A stretch of 62,843 nucleotides of DNA from an uncultured Gammaproteobacteria bacterium. GTDB lineage: Bacteria; Patescibacteriota; Microgenomatia; Daviesbacterales; UBA10151. The notes beneath the pieces were generated by a model, which did no database searches, had not been told where the DNA came from, and saw only the letters and a program-made list of their open reading frames with translations. Made by a program: the position numbers and the translations under genes. The stretch is from contig CAZVEX010000006.1 in assembly GCA_964625535.1 (NCBI GenBank), positions 1 through 62,843 of the forward strand, written 5' to 3'. Shown piece by piece: positions 59,129 to 62,843 of this stretch (its first letter is position 1; each line of letters starts with the position of its first letter).

Positions 59129-59410
59129 CTAAACTTTGGGGATGAAAGGAAGTAACCCTATGTGCCGAGCATGTTTGATCTCTCTGGCGGCAAAGCGCTG
59201 ATGTTTGCTGCAAAGACCGCTTCTTAATTTTGGGATAATCTTGGCTCTGTCGGTTAAAAAGCGTCTTAAATTTGCTGTATCCGAGTAAGAAGGAATTGAT
59301 TTGTTTTGACAAAATTGGCATTTTTTGCCTCTAGGAGAAATTTTAGTCTCAACTTCGGCTACACCCGCTTCGCCCGCTTCGGTTTTTTGAGTAATAATCT
59401 TTTTTACCAT
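59129..59410 (-). CDS. rpsR: 30S ribosomal protein S18
   Basis: CQFC..LRRFLTDRAKIIP..CSKHQR..IKHARHIGLLPF. Confidence 0.95.
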   Translation of the reverse strand: MVKKIITQKTEAGEAGVAEVETKISPRGKKCQFCQNKSIPSYSDTANLRRFLTDRAKIIPKLRSGLCSKHQRFAAREIKHARHIGLLPFIPKV

Positions 59411-59413
59411 AGA

Positions 59414-59860
59414 TTAAAAAGGTAGATCTTCCTCCACATCTTCATTTTTTGGACTGGTTTTTTCTTTTTTCGGTTCTTCCTCTTTAATTTCCTCCGCTGG
59501 GGGTTCAACCTTTTCTTCCCCATTAGCCTTAGGAGTGAGCACTATCATATCCTCCACCACAATCTCTGTGGTCTGTCTGGTTTGGCCGTCATTACCTTCC
59601 CAGGATCTGGTCTGCAGCCTTCCGGAGATAAAAACCTTCATCCCTTTTTTCAGAAGCTGATTGCACAACTCTGCCAGTTTATTCCAGGCTACCAAACGGT
59701 GAAAATCCACTTCCTCTTTTCTCTCGCCCTCGGAAACATAACTTCTGTTGGTGGCCAAACCAAAGGTGCAGACTGCGGCTCCATTGGGGGTATATCGAAG
59801 CTCCGGATCCCTGGTTAAATTACCTATTAGTTCTACTCTATTCCAACTGCGGCTTGCCAT
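59414..59860 (-). CDS. ssb: Single-stranded DNA-binding protein
   Basis: NRVELIGNLTRDPELRYT, GRLQTRSW, C-terminal DLPF. Confidence 0.97.
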   Translation of the reverse strand: MASRSWNRVELIGNLTRDPELRYTPNGAAVCTFGLATNRSYVSEGERKEEVDFHRLVAWNKLAELCNQLLKKGMKVFISGRLQTRSWEGNDGQTRQTTEIVVEDMIVLTPKANGEEKVEPPAEEIKEEEPKKEKTSPKNEDVEEDLPF

Positions 59861-60130
59861 TTATTTCCTTACCAGTAAATAACGAATGATATCTTCTTCC
59901 AATTTTAAGATTTTGTCAAGACCTTTGGCCGCTTTAGGATCGGCTTCCAATTCAAAATGAGCATAAAAACCTTTTGCTTGCTTTTTGATCGGGTAGGCCA
60001 AATCTCTTACCCCCCACAAATCTTCTTTAACCACTTTTTCAAATTTCTTTTTCAAACCATCCAAAAACTCCTTGCGGGCTTTTTCCTCCATGTCCGGCTT
60101 TAGAACTAAAGTTAAATAATATGAATTCAT
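59861..60130 (-). CDS. rpsF: 30S ribosomal protein S6
   Basis: WGVRDLAYPIKK..IIRYLLV; rpsF-ssb-rpsR gene order. Confidence 0.93.
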   Translation of the reverse strand: MNSYYLTLVLKPDMEEKARKEFLDGLKKKFEKVVKEDLWGVRDLAYPIKKQAKGFYAHFELEADPKAAKGLDKILKLEEDIIRYLLVRK

Positions 60131-60182
60131 CTGAAGAAAAGATTGTACCTTTTGAAGACCAAAAATTCAATACTGACAATTT

Positions 60183-61082
60183 TCAAATCTTGTTGCTATA
60201 TACACCTCTAGCTTCTACCGGGACAATTTGAGCTACCTTACTCATAATTAGAGTATTAGCAGAGGCTTTATCTTGTGGCCAAGAAGTAATTGGCATCCCT
60301 ATGTTTACATCCACAAAGGTACGACTAGACAAACGTAAAATTGATGCCCACGTATCAAGAGGGGGAAATAAAGTATATGGAGGAAGTATTCTGTAGCTTC
60401 CATGAATCCCTACTGGAACAAAAAATCCCTCTTGCTGACCATTTCCGTTTCCCCCAGTAACTAACTCGTAATAAGGCATTAATGAATTATCTCTAATCTT
60501 CTGCATCCCCAAGATATCTTCCCTTCTATTCGAGGTGATGATATCAACCAGATTTTTAATAGATTGGGCGAATCTACCTCTATGGTCATTATTTCTCGGA
60601 TATCTCCCTCCCTGAACACTAGCTTCAGGTAAACTGGCAATCCTGTAACCCTGACGAACTCTCTCGGCAAACGACCTAAGTTGACTTGCTCTCGGTTTCT
60701 TTATTCTGTATCTTTCTTCATCTACTTCTCTGGTATAATCTATAAACCTTAATCCTCTTCTTGAGGTAACGAGTTCAGCTAAAGGATAGGCAAGTTGCAA
60801 AAATCTACTTTGATGCCCTGATCGTACGGATGATGCCACAGTTAAAACATAACCTTTAGGCTGCTCTACTGGAGCTACTTCTCTTTCATAGGTGAGAAGT
60901 CTTTGCGTCACCCAAGCCAGGATAACACCATCAAAATGACTCTGATGGTTTCCTACTATAATAGGTTTTCTCTCCTTTGCAACTAATTCCTGAAAATATT
61001 CTTTAAAGCCTGGCTCTTCATTTACAGTTATTAGTCTATCTAAACCATGATCTACCCAATCTAAAATTCCTTCTTTTAGCAT
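60183..61082 (-). CDS. PlsC-like (lysophospholipid) acyltransferase family protein
   Basis: IVGNHQSHFD (HxxxxD), LPEA (FPEG-like block), VPVGIHG, NIGMPI. Confidence 0.65.
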   Translation of the reverse strand: MLKEGILDWVDHGLDRLITVNEEPGFKEYFQELVAKERKPIIVGNHQSHFDGVILAWVTQRLLTYEREVAPVEQPKGYVLTVASSVRSGHQSRFLQLAYPLAELVTSRRGLRFIDYTREVDEERYRIKKPRASQLRSFAERVRQGYRIASLPEASVQGGRYPRNNDHRGRFAQSIKNLVDIITSNRREDILGMQKIRDNSLMPYYELVTGGNGNGQQEGFFVPVGIHGSYRILPPYTLFPPLDTWASILRLSSRTFVDVNIGMPITSWPQDKASANTLIMSKVAQIVPVEARGVYSNKI

Positions 61083-61129
61083 ATAATCTTCTATTATATC
61101 AGAACCTATAGTGAATAGCGACTCCTGTA

Positions 61130-61142
61130 CACCCTTGGGGTG
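61130..61142. repeat. REP-like palindrome CACC-N5-GGTG
   Basis: CACC CTTGG GGTG; intergenic; weaker flanks than the other two copies. Confidence 0.4.
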
Positions 61143-61182
61143 GAATAGGTTGACACCCGCGGATTTTTAAGTAACTTTGAGC

Positions 61183-62124
61183 CTAAGTTCCCACTAAAAA
61201 CTCCACTACATCCCCATCTTTTACCACATAATCCTTTCCTTCTGTCCTAATCCAGCCTCTTTTTTTAGCTTCCCCATATGACCCTGCTTCAATTAATTTT
61301 TCATATTCAATAACTTGAGCCCTGATAAAATTCTTGATAAAGTCCGTGTGGATCACACCGGAGGCCATTTGGGCATTTGTTCCGGACTTAACAGTCCAGG
61401 CCCGGACTTCTTTTTTACCGGCCGTTAAAAATGAAATAAGTCCCAGCAGATTATATGCAGCCTGAATTAATCTTTCCAAACCGGTCTGCTCCAAACCCAA
61501 TGTTTTTAAATATTCCAATCTTTCTTCTTCCGATAAATCAGCCAATTCTTCCTCTAATTTTGCGCATATGACAATATTGTCATCCCGAGCGATTAGCGAA
61601 GGATCTCGCAGCTTGTCTGCGTATTCATTCTCATCCACATTTAAAACATATAGAACAGGTTTAGTTGACAGCTTGTCCACCTTGTCAATATCGGCCAAAG
61701 CCAACTCTGTTTCCACCAACTCCTTATCTTCTTTGGGATTAACAGAACCCCCTGCTCTTACAACATTTGGATCTTCAAAATCTCTTAAAACATGGACAAT
61801 GGCATCCACCTCGCGAATATGGGATAAAAACTGATTCCCCAACCCCTCACCTGTTGATGCTCCTTTAACTAATCCCGCAATATCCACAAACTCCACCGCA
61901 GCCGGAACAATTGGCGGCAGATTTTCCATCTTCTCTTCTGATTTAACCAATTCGGCTAATTTAATTAGTCTCTCGTCTGGAACTGCCACCACTCCTACAT
62001 TTGGTTCAACCGTGGCAAAAGGATAATTGGCAGACAAAGCCACCCTTTTTTTCAAAAGAGCATTGAACAAGGTGCTCTTTCCTACATTTGGCAATCCAAC
62101 TATTCCACATTTTAAAGACGACAT
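61183..62124 (-). CDS. ychF: Obg-family ATPase YchF (short form)
   Basis: [43 protein letters not shown]; TG-TATAAT-N6-ATG. Confidence 0.95.
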   Translation of the reverse strand: MSSLKCGIVGLPNVGKSTLFNALLKKRVALSANYPFATVEPNVGVVAVPDERLIKLAELVKSEEKMENLPPIVPAAVEFVDIAGLVKGASTGEGLGNQFLSHIREVDAIVHVLRDFEDPNVVRAGGSVNPKEDKELVETELALADIDKVDKLSTKPVLYVLNVDENEYADKLRDPSLIARDDNIVICAKLEEELADLSEEERLEYLKTLGLEQTGLERLIQAAYNLLGLISFLTAGKKEVRAWTVKSGTNAQMASGVIHTDFIKNFIRAQVIEYEKLIEAGSYGEAKKRGWIRTEGKDYVVKDGDVVEFLVGT

Positions 62125-62136
62125 AGGCAGATTATA

Positions 62137-62595
62137 TCAGGAAGTCTGAAGTCTTTGCTGAAAATTTAGTAAAACCTGGATTTGTACCTCTTCCAAATGA
62201 ATCTCTGCTCTCTTTTCTTTAATCATCCTTATTGCTTCTTCAACTGTCTTGCCCTGATTAATAAAATAAGCAGCCAGTATAGTTGGCGATCTGCCATGAC
62301 CATTTTTGCAATGGATATAAACTTTCTTTTGATTTTTAACCAGGCTATCAATTACAGCAACCCCTGTATCAAGTTGTTCTTGAGTCGGGGCAGAGTGATC
62401 CTTTACAGGTAACCAAAGATAGGTATCAATATTAGGTGTTTGTTCCTGCCTTTCTTCTTCAAGATCAATATCTGCTTTAATTCCCAAATCAAATAAAACT
62501 TTAAGATGTGGCATGGTTGTACAACAAAGGTTGGTGCCTAGATAGATTAAATCAGTTATTTGATTAAGCTGGAATCTTTGATGGTTATTATTCAT
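62137..62595 (-). CDS. Dual-specificity protein phosphatase family
   Basis: CX5R loop HCKNGHGRS; WLPVKDHSAP. Confidence 0.88.
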   Translation of the reverse strand: MNNNHQRFQLNQITDLIYLGTNLCCTTMPHLKVLFDLGIKADIDLEEERQEQTPNIDTYLWLPVKDHSAPTQEQLDTGVAVIDSLVKNQKKVYIHCKNGHGRSPTILAAYFINQGKTVEEAIRMIKEKRAEIHLEEVQIQVLLNFQQRLQTS

Positions 62596-62843
62596 CTAAA
62601 CATCTTTTCTCCAGCCTTAATAGCTACTGGTAAAACATTCTCTTTTGGAGTTATTGGACAATCCCAATTGTCATTATAAGAGCTATAAGGATTGTAGGCA
62701 TAGTTAAAATCAACAATTAGCTCATCTCCCTTTTTTGGAATTTGTAACATTCTCCCATTCTCATAAGTTTGCCTGCCTGTAGTTTCATCTCTAAAAAGTA
62801 AATAGTATTGAAACTGTTCTTGTTCTGGATCTTCAAAAACTAA
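62592..62843 (-). CDS. DUF1684-family protein, 3-prime part only (runs off the window)
   Basis: LFRDETTGRQTY..GR..VDFNYAYNP..CPITPKENVLPVAIKAGEK; not in the ORF track. Confidence 0.8.
   Translation of the reverse strand, partial: LVFEDPEQEQFQYYLLFRDETTGRQTYENGRMLQIPKKGDELIVDFNYAYNPYSSYNDNWDCPITPKENVLPVAIKAGEKMFR

Overview
62.8-kb chromosomal window from a small-genome Patescibacteria/CPR bacterium, most like Microgenomates. This is inferred from compact housekeeping proteins, cohesin/PA14 surface proteins, scarce Shine-Dalgarno motifs and many leaderless promoters. TGA is used as stop (code 11). Core genes include holB-like, gyrB, gyrA, murC, murF, ruvC, yebC, efp, galU, pepN, dnaB, hisS, rpmE, prfA, htrA, ctpA, rpsR, ssb, rpsF, ychF and tRNA-Leu(CAA). 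The strongest unusual signal is a complete, apparently His-specific T-box riboswitch at about 51106-51345. It has an ultrashort Stem I with a CAC specifier in a terminal loop, a UGGG T-box bulge and an intrinsic terminator, and it precedes a DapF/CntK-like racemase, a HisRS lacking its anticodon-binding domain, and an EamA transporter. Other highlights: a MurL-MurD2 fusion; a four-helix-bundle gene bounded by inverted 7-bp arrays, with orphan 7-bp arrays inside four other genes; a dockerin-cohesin-cohesin surface cassette between an intact and a catalytically dead Xer recombinase, carrying a high-GC in-frame module; a 77-aa module shared by two giant surface proteins; a 931-bp lipoprotein islet between 35-bp direct repeats; and two families of small palindromic repeats. 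No CRISPR, rRNA, transposase or reverse transcriptase was seen. All calls come from reading the sequence by eye; no searches were run.
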